DNA of 35,047 nucleotides from Stramenopiles sp. TOSAG23-2 (taxonomy: Eukaryota): contig LT649345.1 in assembly GCA_900128395.1 (NCBI GenBank), forward strand, positions 1-35,047, read 5' to 3'. Position numbers and translations under genes: made by a program. Below the pieces are notes generated by a model. The model searched no databases. It was not told the origin of the DNA and saw only the letters and a list, made by a program, of their open reading frames with translations. Shown in pieces: positions 1 through 11,544 of this stretch. Position 1 is the first letter of the stretch; every line of letters begins with the position of its first letter.

Positions 1-577
1 TATATGAAAATTCTCAAGTCCAGAATTAGAACATGGAGATACACATAGACATTGTACCGATATACATGTAAAAATACATTTATATGTATGAAAATTGGTG
101 TAAATGTTTAGTTTAGATATAGTTATTGAAGATATATATAATAGATTATATCGTATCTAACATATTTATAGGTTTATACTCTTTTTTCGTAACTGGTGGA
201 CGTAAAAAGTCCAAAATCAGGACATTTTAGCATATATCAGAATACCAGATAGTGCCATAATATATATGATAATATATATATATATTGATATATAAAATGT
301 TCTCTTATGCATACTCATACACGATATATTATTACATTATATATCATCATGGGAGTTCTCAATTCGTGAGCTATCGGTTTTTGTATTTGTTTTTGATTGA
401 ACCGATGTGTGACGAATAGCATAATATATATCAATAGAAATTTATATAATATATGAGTAAGAGAACATTTTATATATAAATATCATATTATGATATTTTT
501 AATTGTCAAAGTATCAAAAACAATATTTTTACTATGATATGATATTTACTACGAAGCTTCGTATAATTTATCATTCA

Positions 578-755
578 TACGCATAATTTATTTTTTAATT
601 TAGTCACATAATAATTCCTACTCTTCAAAAAAGAATACAATAACTGAAGACAATAATATCTATCTCACACTAGGGTGTAGATATTCTCATAAAAGAGAAT
701 ACCAATGAAGGTAAATAAATGATATCAACTTGCAGTTGATGAAAAACCGACATCA
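578..755 (-). repeat. Repeat family B, copy 1 (hairpin-rich cassette downstream of the TMEM39-like stop)
   Basis: Collinear similarity to 11728-11901 (shared blocks tacgcataatttattttt, ataattcctactcttcaaaa, tatctcacac, ataccaatgaaggtaaata, tatcaact, gacatca). Confidence 0.85.
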
Positions 756-863
756 CAGGAAGGCGGAGAATAAATTGTACCGGGGTATAACTCATTATAC
801 GACTCGCCAAATGCACATTTTAAAGCAACATTATAAAATATATATATATATATCATGACACAC

Positions 864-2105
864 TCATTCTAATCGCCAGTTCAATTGCGAGCTCATAGTA
901 TGAAAAACATCCCCAGTAACAGCAATTTGTAGAATATACATTGGCCAATACGGTGATGAAAATGCTAAAAGACATAATGTGCATACCAACAAACCTTGAA
1001 TACACATCAATATTAAATATGTGTATTGATGGTCTACAAAACACATATGTAAAATATATATTGGCATACTACCTGGAATTGCCAATACATTGTCATAATA
1101 CGTAATATACTCCACATCTTTCTCGAATTTTGTATACGTGATACAATCAGTTTTCGTATACAATTTAGTTGAATCCCAACATTTTGCTTTTACACCCACT
1201 AGTGTTTTTTCTTCTGTTGGTGGTACCCAACCATCTGGTTTTTTAATCCAACAACCTTGTAATTTTAAAATATCACATAATTTTTTCTGATGCAATACTA
1301 TTAAAGTTGATATATAGAAATTGGTACAATTTACTATAAACACGAACAGCATTAGAAAGACTATCTTGCCAGGATAATATAAGATTGGTGATGATACAAA
1401 CAATACAGGCACAATGTTTGTTATGTATGCAACTTCCACGATATTGAAAACTAACTCTTCCATTGCCATGGTAACCCATATATATTCATGTCGTTTTCCA
1501 GTTTCCAACGTACTACGTTTATTTTTCTTATTTCGTTTTGTAATATATTTCCTTCGTTTTTCATTCATATAATAACGTGGTAAAATTACTGGTAACACGT
1601 AAATAACGGACCAAACACTGTACCACATAGCCCCTAATACGAATATCAATGCTACGGCATAAGAGCTGTTTTTTTCCAATTTATCAACTTTCGATAATTT
1701 ACCAGTACGTAAAGCAAATCGCCATACCAAGGCAAGAATACATATAAATAACATTAAAAAATTATACGTATTATAATTAAAACGATAAATGATAACATGC
1801 AATAAAAACATTTGAAATATTGAAAATATCAAAAGTCTCTCTTCACCACCTTTAGTCAGACTTACATTTGCACCATATGGTAAATCATAATATAAACCTG
1901 TCAGTTTGTCCACTCGTTCCTGTGCTTCTTTCGTTAGTGGTAAGTGATTATTATATTTATTATTGTTCTTGTTTGTAGAAGTTGTTGAAGTTAAATTACT
2001 ATCCTTACTATCAGCTCTGTTTCGACTATTTCTACTACTACTATCACTTCCACTACGCTGCTTCCCATGTGTAATTTTTTTATTGGTATTGTTTTTTTTA
2101 CCCAT
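864..2105 (-). CDS. TMEM39-family multi-pass membrane protein
   Basis: Long ORF. The track start at 2141 is TTG; the first ATG (MGKK) is at 2105. Several hydrophobic helices. Segments ELVFNIVEVAYITNIVPVLFV, LQGCWIK, NVLAIPG and LILMCIQGLLVCTL follow the order and character of conserved TMEM39 blocks ([35 protein letters not shown]) as I recall them. Confidence 0.7.
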   Translation of the reverse strand: MGKKNNTNKKITHGKQRSGSDSSSRNSRNRADSKDSNLTSTTSTNKNNNKYNNHLPLTKEAQERVDKLTGLYYDLPYGANVSLTKGGEERLLIFSIFQMFLLHVIIYRFNYNTYNFLMLFICILALVWRFALRTGKLSKVDKLEKNSSYAVALIFVLGAMWYSVWSVIYVLPVILPRYYMNEKRRKYITKRNKKNKRSTLETGKRHEYIWVTMAMEELVFNIVEVAYITNIVPVLFVSSPILYYPGKIVFLMLFVFIVNCTNFYISTLIVLHQKKLCDILKLQGCWIKKPDGWVPPTEEKTLVGVKAKCWDSTKLYTKTDCITYTKFEKDVEYITYYDNVLAIPGSMPIYILHMCFVDHQYTYLILMCIQGLLVCTLCLLAFSSPYWPMYILQIAVTGDVFHTMSSQLNWRLE

Positions 2106-2804
2106 GATCGTTGTATAATTTGTGCTCTTATATAATAACAAAATGATGATATTGGTGTTTTCATATCTGTTGTTTTAACAAACAGTTAAATTATATTTAT
2201 TTTTAATCTACAGGACTATTACTTCTCTTCGAAAAAAAAAGAAAGTAATAGTCTTCATTCAAAATTTTTTTCCATCCAGCCATCTCCTCGTCTCCTCGTC
2301 CTCGACAAATTTTAAATAATTAAAGGGTCTATCAAAATTTTGATGCATTCGAGATGCTGTGTCTATGTAGTTGAAGACTATTGATACAGCATTAGAATAA
2401 TGCTATTCCTATTGTCCTTAAACTGCGCCTACACGCAGTTTAAATATTTCCTACGATAGATACTCGATTCTTTTCGTTCTTCCCTGCTACGCGTCTCGTT
2501 CAGAGTACAGCCCATACTGTACCTTAAATTATGGCGCACAAAGGTGCCAAATAGAAATTCCAGATTGAGCAGTCGTCTGAGTATTTTTCCGTAGTCTTAT
2601 GAATTAGAATTTATTACGTCCTATTAATTGGATTTTTAGTAGTAGATATAGTATAGAGGAGTACGAGGAGGAATATTATTATTAATATTTTAATAATAAA
2701 ATTAATATATTATATTTCTTGATAACTATTAGATATATTTTAGTAGAATTCCATGAATGAGTAACAAGAATATATTGATACTGTATATTTACATTTCTAT
2801 TGTT

Positions 2805-2822
2805 GTGTGTGTGTGTGTGTGT
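2805..2822. repeat. (TG)n microsatellite
   Basis: Run of tg dinucleotides upstream of the Snf7-like gene. Confidence 0.9.
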
Positions 2823-2919
2823 ATGAACCATACGAATAAAAATACTATACAACAATTATTAATATATATATATTATTCAATCAAATATACTGATAACTAA
2901 TAAAAATCCCCATAATATA

Positions 2920-3579
2920 ATGGGCCAAAAAGATAGTAAAATGGAAGAAGATGTAGGTAATGACCCTGTCAAAGCTGTTCATACACTCAAGAAAACAAGT
3001 GATATGCTTGAAAAAAAAATAAACCATGTTGAAGGAAAAATACTACAATTAAAGAAAAATGCCATCGAAGCGAAGAAAAAAGGTGATAAACGGAAAGCTA
3101 TAAATTTTATGAAGAAAATGAAATTAATTGAGAAGCAAAGTGATAATCTTTACAAGCAAAAAACAACAATTGAAACTCAAATTATAACTATGGAAACTGC
3201 AATAGGCAATGTTGAAGTTGTTGAGGCATTGAACGTTGCACGTACGGCAATGGCACATATGATGCAAAAATATGATATCGATAAAATCGATGAAATAATG
3301 GGTGAACTAGACGAGATGCGGGCTGATATGGATGAAATTGGTGAGCTGTTAGGTCAAAATAATATGGATTTTGATGAGGATGAATTAGAGCAAGAATTAA
3401 ATGAAATTGAAGAACAGGAAAAACAAGGATTATTGATGGCACAAGCACCAAACTTACCAAAGTTACCAGCAGGTTTGTTAAAACCACAAAATTCTGATGA
3501 AGAATTAGCGGCATTGATGAATGAAGATAAGGCAAAAGACGAAGAAGAAGATAAATTATTAGCAGAATTGATGGCGTAA
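2920..3579 (+). CDS. SNF7: ESCRT-III subunit, Snf7/Vps32/CHMP4-like
   Basis: 219 aa. Basic N-terminal coiled coil (AVHTLKKTSDMLEKK...KRKAINFMKKMKLIEKQ), IDKIDEIM, DFDEDELEQELNEIEEQE, acidic C-terminal helix (EEEDKLLAELMA). Paralog assignment within ESCRT-III is less sure than the family. Confidence 0.85.
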   Translation: MGQKDSKMEEDVGNDPVKAVHTLKKTSDMLEKKINHVEGKILQLKKNAIEAKKKGDKRKAINFMKKMKLIEKQSDNLYKQKTTIETQIITMETAIGNVEVVEALNVARTAMAHMMQKYDIDKIDEIMGELDEMRADMDEIGELLGQNNMDFDEDELEQELNEIEEQEKQGLLMAQAPNLPKLPAGLLKPQNSDEELAALMNEDKAKDEEEDKLLAELMA

Positions 3580-3933
3580 ACTGATCAAGCGGTTGTATGT
3601 GGTGATTGGTATTCGTATATATAGTATTATGTATCATACATTATATATCATGTACATGATATATTATATTTTGATTATATATGAATGATGGATATTTAAA
3701 TTTACGCATAATTTTATTGTGTCTTAAATTTTCATATAAAAATTTTAATTATTTTTAAAATATAAATAAATATCATACACTGATACGAGTATATATATGA
3801 TTATGATATTTTAATATTTTTATGAATACGTAAATTATATATATTGTATGTAAAATTTTACGTACATGACACATGATATCTCTCACACCTCTGTGGGACT
3901 AAGACGTCTTTTCTTTCTCTCTTTTTTTTTTTT

Positions 3934-5079
3934 TTACAATCTTGAATATGAGCCACCATCGACAGACATCGTTTGTCCGGTATACCATGCAGCATCATCA
4001 CTCATCATAAATGCAACACTTCCAGCTATATCATCAGGTTCTCCAATTCTTCCTAACCATATAGACTTTGCATTTTTTTCTTCGTTATTTACACCATCCT
4101 TATCTACCCATAAATCTGTCGCAAATCGAGTTCGTACTGGACCTGGTGCAATTGCATTTACTCGTATACCATGTTGACCTAATTCTTTTGCTAATAATAT
4201 TGTCATACCTAATAAAGCAGTTTCACTTACATAAAACACACCAGCTGTACTTGATGGTGAATACGCGCCGGTGCCATTTGTCATGACAATTGAGGAACCT
4301 GAAGGCATAATTGGCAAGAATTCTTTAATTTGCAACCAACGTGATAAAATATTTGTTTCTATTACTTTGTTAAATTGCTCCAATGATGAATCCATTAACG
4401 TCCCACCACCAGCAGTTGCACCTTGATTTAAAAATAAGGAATCAACACGTTTAAATTCTTTTTTCACGTAATTAAGCAATGCTTTTCTTTCATCCTCCTG
4501 ATTAACATTGCATGGAAATCCACTTGCATTTAATCCTTCAAATTGTAATTGTTGTACAGCTGTATCTACTTGCGATTTTTTCCTTGACACAATGATCACG
4601 TGAGCTCCTTCCTGTGCCAATCGTCTTGCTACGGCATAGCCAATACCTATCGAACAAGCAACACATAGTGCTATTTTATCAGTTAATCGCTTCGTCACTT
4701 TTGCCATATTATCGCTTTTTTCAGTAGATTTTCTGGATATCAAATTACCAAATCTATCTTTTTCTTGCAAAGTATTTGCAGCTGCATCTGGATCCACTTC
4801 ACCCCAAACATCCCTGAATGGATCTGGTTTTTTTGGCGGCGGATTTGATGGTCTTGGAGGTGGTTTATTCCTATTTTCGCGTCTTCCACCAGGTCTTCCA
4901 TTTGGACCACGCCTTCCACCACCACCACCTCCCATTGGATTATTATTATTACTATATCTATCATCACCATATTCATCATACTCATCGTATTCATTATCAT
5001 ACCTACCACCACCTGGAGGACCTCTCCTCCCTCTGCCTCTACCACCTCTGCCTCTTCCACCACCACCGCCACGCCTCAT
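3934..5079 (-). CDS. DHRS4-like short-chain dehydrogenase/reductase with N-terminal Gly/Arg-rich extension and C-terminal PTS1 (SRL)
   Basis: ACSIGIGYAVARRLAQEGAHVIIVSRK (Rossmann fold, DHRS4-type), IRVNAIAPG, LGRIGEPDDIAGSVAF, YTGQTMSVDGG, terminal SRL. Confidence 0.9.
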   Translation of the reverse strand: MRRGGGGGRGRGGRGRGRRGPPGGGRYDNEYDEYDEYGDDRYSNNNNPMGGGGGGRRGPNGRPGGRRENRNKPPPRPSNPPPKKPDPFRDVWGEVDPDAAANTLQEKDRFGNLISRKSTEKSDNMAKVTKRLTDKIALCVACSIGIGYAVARRLAQEGAHVIIVSRKKSQVDTAVQQLQFEGLNASGFPCNVNQEDERKALLNYVKKEFKRVDSLFLNQGATAGGGTLMDSSLEQFNKVIETNILSRWLQIKEFLPIMPSGSSIVMTNGTGAYSPSSTAGVFYVSETALLGMTILLAKELGQHGIRVNAIAPGPVRTRFATDLWVDKDGVNNEEKNAKSIWLGRIGEPDDIAGSVAFMMSDDAAWYTGQTMSVDGGSYSRL

Positions 5080-5809
5080 TACCTCTGTTGTGTTTTTTGT
5101 TGTGTGAGTATAATCCTCACCCAGGTATATAGTACATATATTTATTGGATTGATTCTTATAACTCCAATAACTATATCTATACGGACGTATTAATTTATA
5201 TCTTTTTCAATATAGTTTTCAATAATATAAAGAGGAGGTATTATTTGTTTTTAAAAGTAACAGAGGGATATACAAGAGTAAGGCAATAAAATAATCTAAT
5301 GGGTGTAAAATTTTTGTGTATTAAAATAAAGAATATTTTTTGTGTATAAAATTTTTTTTCCTTTTTCAAAAATAATTATAGGGGTGCATGCACGGTAGGA
5401 CTGGATTATTTTACATTATTATTAATATAACATATACATTCCTGTATTGCAACTATATTATTAATGAAATTAATACATAAATATTAAACTATAGATTATC
5501 TATTACAGATGTATAATAATAATACTGCCACACACTACGTGATCTTGTACTTGTATATTAGAGCTACGTCTATTAACATACCAATAATGAAGGATCAACT
5601 TTAACTTTAACTTTGTGGCGAGTTGAAAATTTCCCATTATTATTAATAGATCAAATCCCTTAAATGAATGTCAATAATAAAATATAATAATAAAATAATA
5701 TATTATTATATTTTTCAGATAATACTTATAATATATTTATATACTACTTTATATAATGAAGATAAATTAAATACAACGTCAACAATCAATCAATGTAGAA
5801 CTTAAATAC

Positions 5810-5811
<2 letters not shown>

Positions 5812-5840
<29 letters not shown>
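5812..5840. repeat. (AAT)n microsatellite
   Basis: Tandem aat run just upstream of the HIBADH start. Confidence 0.9.
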
Positions 5841-5841
<1 letters not shown>

Positions 5842-5855
5842 TAAAAGTAATAATA

Positions 5856-6860
5856 ATGATTCATACAACTACCTCAATAATGTTATTGAAGAAATTATCT
5901 TCCATGACGTCAAAAAATAATTTATTGCGAATATCAAAATCTTCAGCATCTTCTTTCTCAACCAATAAAGTTGGATTTATCGGTTTAGGAAATATGGGAG
6001 GGCATATGGCAAATAATTTGCTAAAAGCAGGACATGAAGTTGTCGTTTTTGATGTTGCTGCTCCAGCTGTAGAGCATGCTACTAATGCAGGAGCAACTTC
6101 TGCTTCAACCCCTCGTGAAGTTGCAGAGCAAGCTTCTACAATTATAACTATGTTACCATCAAATCCACATGTAGTTTCTGTTTATACAGATTCAGAAACG
6201 GGTATCTTAGCTTCGGTGCAAAAAGATACTTTATTGATTGATAGCAGCACTATAGATCCAAATGTTTCTCGACAAGTTGCTGCAGAAGCAGAGAAAGCTG
6301 GTGCTATTATGGTTGATGCACCTGTGTCTGGAGGTGTTGGTGGAGCAGAAGCAGGTACATTAACTTTCATGGTTGGTGGAACTGATGACGCTTTCAATCG
6401 CTCAAAAGTTGTTCTGGAGGTTATGGGAGCTAATATTGTGCATTGTGGTGGTGTTGGTACAGGGGAAGTTGCTAAACTTTGTAATAATCTTGTATTAGGA
6501 ATTTCAATGGCAGGTGTATGTGAAGCTATGAATTTAGGATTAAAAATGGGTATTGATAAGAAGAAATTAGCAGATATTATGAATACATCAACTGCACGTT
6601 GTTGGAGTAGCGATACTTACAATCCATGCCCAGGTGTAATGGAAGGTGTACCAGCAAGTAGAGGTTATGAAGGTGGTTTTGGTAGTGCATTAATGCAAAA
6701 AGATCTTGGTCTTGTCATGGATGCGGGGAAAACGATGGGAACACCGTTGCCAATGGGTGCATCTGCACATCAATTGTATTCATTCATGTCAGCTCATGGT
6801 GCAGGGCAAAAAGATTTTGGAGCACTGTTTGAATTCTTACAAGGCACACATATGAAATAA
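5856..6860 (+). CDS. HIBADH: 3-hydroxyisobutyrate dehydrogenase, mitochondrial precursor
   Basis: VGFIGLGNMGGHMANNL, DAPVSGGVGGAEAGTLTFMVGG, AKLCNNL, RCWSSDTYNPCPGV, YEGGFGSALMQKDLGL. The Ser/Lys-rich N-terminus resembles a mitochondrial presequence. The start could be 5856 or 5880. Confidence 0.97.
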   Translation: MIHTTTSIMLLKKLSSMTSKNNLLRISKSSASSFSTNKVGFIGLGNMGGHMANNLLKAGHEVVVFDVAAPAVEHATNAGATSASTPREVAEQASTIITMLPSNPHVVSVYTDSETGILASVQKDTLLIDSSTIDPNVSRQVAAEAEKAGAIMVDAPVSGGVGGAEAGTLTFMVGGTDDAFNRSKVVLEVMGANIVHCGGVGTGEVAKLCNNLVLGISMAGVCEAMNLGLKMGIDKKKLADIMNTSTARCWSSDTYNPCPGVMEGVPASRGYEGGFGSALMQKDLGLVMDAGKTMGTPLPMGASAHQLYSFMSAHGAGQKDFGALFEFLQGTHMK

Positions 6861-7567
6861 AAGTTAATAAAATGAATTCGTGAAAAAAACAGGTGGGAGT
6901 AGGTGTGTACGCAAGTACTCAAAACTCATTTTTATATTGAAAGAGTAATATAGACACAAACGTATACGTGGCTGTACGAAAAATGTATATAGATTGAGCT
7001 TGTCTTTTTGAAGAGTAAGAATTATCATGAGTATAAGACATCATAAAATTTATTTAAATAAGTGTGTCATGTATAATAATTAATTAAAATATGGATGTGC
7101 ATAAATTTTTCGTATACTCGTATATATATGATAAAAAAAAATATATAAATAGGATAGAAACCTCCTCGGAGTTTTGAGCATTATCATTTTACCAGCGTAT
7201 TACTGGGAAGTATAATATAAAACATTTTATTATATACGAGGAGTCGTATATGGCATTTATATATCCATACTCGTATATACGTATATAATATTTAAAAGTA
7301 TAATATACTCGTACAACTCTTACGTAGATTTTAACCATCATATTTTAAAAAAAAATAAAAAAAAATAAATTATGTGCGTCGTATAAATTCAATTTTAAAA
7401 TTATACTCCTGTTTTCTCGTAAATTATACGGTGTCGTAATTTTATTGTATTTAAATACCCAAATAATATTATCGTAAAATATATTCCACTTCTCCTCATC
7501 TCAAGATGTATACAGAGTGCACCAAAATTATTACGACGTACAAGCGCACTCTTCGTCGTCCTTCCTA

Positions 7568-8352
7568 TCATCGCTCCTCCTCTTTTGTATCTTCTTTCAA
7601 TAAATCATTATTATCTTCTATGTCAGAATATAAATCCGATGATGCATCAGAAAGATCATCATCATTTACCTCTGCATTTTGCATTAATTGATTGTTATTA
7701 TCTTGAACTTGCTTATTGCACTCTATTTTGTCCATGATTTCACTTAAAATATTGCAAGAACTACGTGTAACTACTAGACTTCCTTTGTTTATATTATTAG
7801 ACACATTATTATTTACTATTGAAAAATTATCAATATCATCATTATTATTAAATCTCGAGACGAATGGAATTTCACTTGATGTTTCCAATATTGAATACGT
7901 TAAAATAGTTGAACGCTTTAACCATTTTTTATGATTTTTTTTTAATGCTTCATCAGCTCTATTCCCAAGCGTCTTAGAATTACTATTTGCATTTCCTAAT
8001 TTCCGTTTCTTTATATCTCTTCCTTCCATTTTTAAAAATAAACTGCTATATCATATAGTATGATAGTTGAAAAAATAATGTTAGTGATTTTGCTATAGAT
8101 ATATAATACCATAAGAGATGTGCGTGTTTGCATATATATATATATATGAAAGAAATATATGTTTGATGATATGAACATTGGATGCACAAATTGAACAACG
8201 TATACTTGGAGTATGTTTGCAATAATGTATACATATAAACGATCAGCATTGCTAATACACCGACTGGCAAGACGGCAATAAGCTTCTATATCCGAATCAT
8301 AGTCGATCATACGGGGAAAGAATGGTGTCTTCATTTCGTTTATATCATACAT
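7568..8352 (-). CDS. Hypothetical, possibly spliced or decayed gene (ORFs 7568-8029 and 8032-8352)
   Basis: The 153-aa ORF has a protein-like basic N-terminus, Asn-rich middle and acidic tail. The upstream sequence has coding-like patches interrupted by stops and an AT-rich intron-like block (~8045-8210). I could not build a convincing gene model. Confidence 0.35.
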
Positions 8353-9860
8353 TATTATACAACATGCTATTCAAATTATATTTTTGATGCCTTTTTTGCT
8401 TTTTCTGTTATTATTTATTATTTCCAGTTATTCTTGTTTATTTATTTTCTATAAAACAAATCAGATAGGGGCGAAATATTACTCAACATCCGATGGTAAT
8501 CGTCTGAGTGAACTATGCATTAGTAAATTCAATCATCAAGTTTATTTTATATTAAATATTCAAACAAAGAACAGACTATATCTACAATAATAAAAAAGCA
8601 AAAAATCTTCCAATATATCGAAATAAATAAAAGGCATGTATCAATGTTTCTTATTGCTTGGTATAGTAATATATAAATATGAAAATACCCTCAGTGATCT
8701 TGGTGGAATAAGGTGTCGTCATTCGAAGAGATCTTAAATCTTCTCAAGAGTAGCAAATATATTCACTCGTCATCGGGCAATTTTGCATATTATACTATAT
8801 ATTATACGACAACGTTGTAATTCCTAGAACGCTAGTATATATTATTATTATTCTCCCAAACAATCACAATGAAAAAGTACAAAAAAATATATCTCCCTTC
8901 AGGGGAAAACATCTAATCACGATTAATCAGCTATTAAGCCTTTGTGTATATTTTTGTTCATCATAAGGGGCAAATTGTTCACTTAAATTGAGTAAAATGG
9001 GGGAATAGGGAGTTTCTTCTCATGAAGAAAGAAGATGGTACCTATATAAATAAAAAATCAGTTTACCATTTAAAATCATAAAAATAATTTCATACGGCTC
9101 TTCCTATAGATTTTGGTTTTGAAGTCTCATCATATTTCTCAATAGATAGATACAATAATAATACATATTGGACAAGGTAGTTCATGTGTGTATATGTGTG
9201 TGCAGTCCAGGCATATATACTTGTTGATATATCGGTGTTTATTTACATATACTTACTTATAGTGTGTGCGAATATATATTTTGTATATCAATCTATCTAC
9301 ATATATATATCACAGTATCAGAAAATTATATTCTTAATAATTATTAGTATAACTTTTTTTTGCAACAATATTATAATTCTTCATATATTTATAGATTAAT
9401 TTTCAATAAATTTATTTTTACATATAACATATATCAATAAAATTATGAATGAAACATTGAAAGATTGAAATAATACATGATGAATTGTTTCAAACATTCT
9501 TTTATCCTTCACATATAATACTGTATATATGTACATCTTCTACAGTAAATATATATGTACATATATCCATACCTATAGTATTGGCACTCATTTTGATGTG
9601 AATAATAATGTGTTAATTAGGAGGATGTATACTTGTTACTGTACTGTAGAATAATTTGACTGCTACAATGTAAGCGATCAGGTTGCTACACAGGATTAAT
9701 TTATTAGAAAGATAAAATGAATTGAGTGGTCCCCCAGGTCCCGGTGGTGGTGTGGTAGGTATTCCAGTATTCTCTGGACACCAGAGGCAGTTCCTACATA
9801 CAGTATAATAGACTATAATACAGTACAGTACGTGCGCATGTGCGGACTGGCGGACCACAG

Positions 9861-9879
9861 TAGCTCAGCTAGCTAGCTA
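9861..9879. promoter_or_regulatory. (AGCT/GCTA)n tract in a divergent intergenic region
   Basis: tagctcagctagctagcta. Similar tracts occur at 15738-15771 and 24816-24830, also between divergent genes. Function is inferred. Confidence 0.45.
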
Positions 9880-10180
9880 TAATATAGTACATAAAATAAG
9901 AAGAATTGTTGTTGTTGTTGCTGTTGCGTCGTGCAATTATAACAAGTGCACAACCAACCTCCTGGCAACCATAAAGACATACAGACATAGTCTATATAAT
10001 ATATCAAGTATTAGCAGATATTACTGTGTAGAGTCGTCTACGTTCTATGTATACATTCTCTTTTGTGACGTAAAGATTATAAATATAGAAAATAGCAAGA
10101 AGAACAAAATTGATAGAATAAATATCTATCAGAATAATATTAGTTGATTCGACCTAAATATACGTAAAATACAATAAACC

Positions 10181-11544
10181 ATGCCAAGGGTTCAATTAAA
10201 AATAAAACAAAATGATAAACCTAATAATATGGTACCATCAACTATTGCCTCCTTTCCAAATGGACCATTAACAAAGAATATGTTACATGAAGTGAAATGG
10301 AGGGTCACTGGGAAGAAACACCCTAATAATAGCAAAATGAGGATGAAAATACATGGAAAAAAAGGTAAAATTGAATGGAGTGGTATTCATACTTCCAACG
10401 ATAAAATGAAAAGTACAAATGGTGGTTATAATTATTTTGTCGCGGTTTATAATAAAAAATCTAAAAAAATGGAAATGTTCCAAACAAATAGTAAAAATGT
10501 CATACCTATGACACAACAAGTAGCCGTTAGTAATGGTAGTTTAGATAATTTAAGTAATTCATTAGCATATATGGGTGGAAGACAACGGCGTGCAGTATTG
10601 ACTCATAGTTTTGGTAGTCGTATGGCACGTAAAGGTTTGAAAGATTTAGAAATGAACGCTGTTACGGAAGATAATATTGTTGGGCTTGATGAAATAGAGC
10701 AACATTTGCTTGAAGAAGGGTATGCCGCAAATGCACGATATGAAAATGCTGGTATGAAATCAGAAGCAGAAATAGGTTTATATAATAATCGAAAAAATAT
10801 ACTTCCATATTTTGATATGGAAGCAACAGATCCAAACGATGCATATCCATTTAAAAATATGGTTTCTGCACGTGAAAGCAGTGCATTTAAAGAATTAATC
10901 GTTGCAATGGAAAATGCAACAAATGATGAGAAAATACAAGAATTACGAGATAGTGAAGATAGGAAATGGAAGGAACAAATATTAAGACGATTACCAAAAG
11001 TTCATAATAAATTTCAAGGCGTGGAAAATAAAAAAAGGCGCAACATTGAGTTCCAAAAATTATTATTTCAACAATGTCTACTTCGTTTTTATTGGCTTGG
11101 TAAAAAAATCAAAGTGCAAGGGTCTTTAGAAACACTTGTTGAAAAAAGAAATATCCCAATATCTATTTTAACGAAGTTCTTATCATTGTTTTCGGATAAA
11201 CAAAGTAGACGACATGTAGGACATGATGGTGGTGATTCAGATCAAGAAGAGACAACTGTATATTTCCGCTCGCCATTTCATACGAAAAAATTAATCTTAT
11301 ATATTTGCATCGTGACATTAATGGTAGAAGGATATCGAAATTATGATCCATCTTATTTAGCAAAAGATTTAAAAATTAGTATGAAAGACATGTTAAGATA
11401 TTTTAAAGAAGTTGGTGCGAAATATGAAAAATATAAAAAAGATAATATTAATGCTGCTAAAAAAGTAAGATTCCAGGATATGGCGAATATTTTGTAAGAT
11501 TGCCTGTACCATTAACATTTCCAAAATTGTCACGTGGAAGATAA
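10181..11544 (+). CDS. RPA49: RNA polymerase I subunit RPA49/PAF53 (POLR1E), with an apparent 1-nt frameshift near 11459-11464
   Basis: YFVAVYNKKSKKMEM, LTHSFGSRMARK, LPYFDMEATDPNDAYPF, KLILYICIVTLMVEGY, LAKDLKIS...YFKEVGAK. The family-typical C-terminus RLPVPLTFPKLSRGR* lies in the -1 frame and ends at TAA 11542-11544. Confidence 0.88.

Noticed and set aside
762..809. tRNA-like 5' half on the minus strand (ggcgagtcgtataatgagttatacc...ctccgcc)
   Set aside because: No B box, T-loop or anticodon arm; one hairpin is insufficient.
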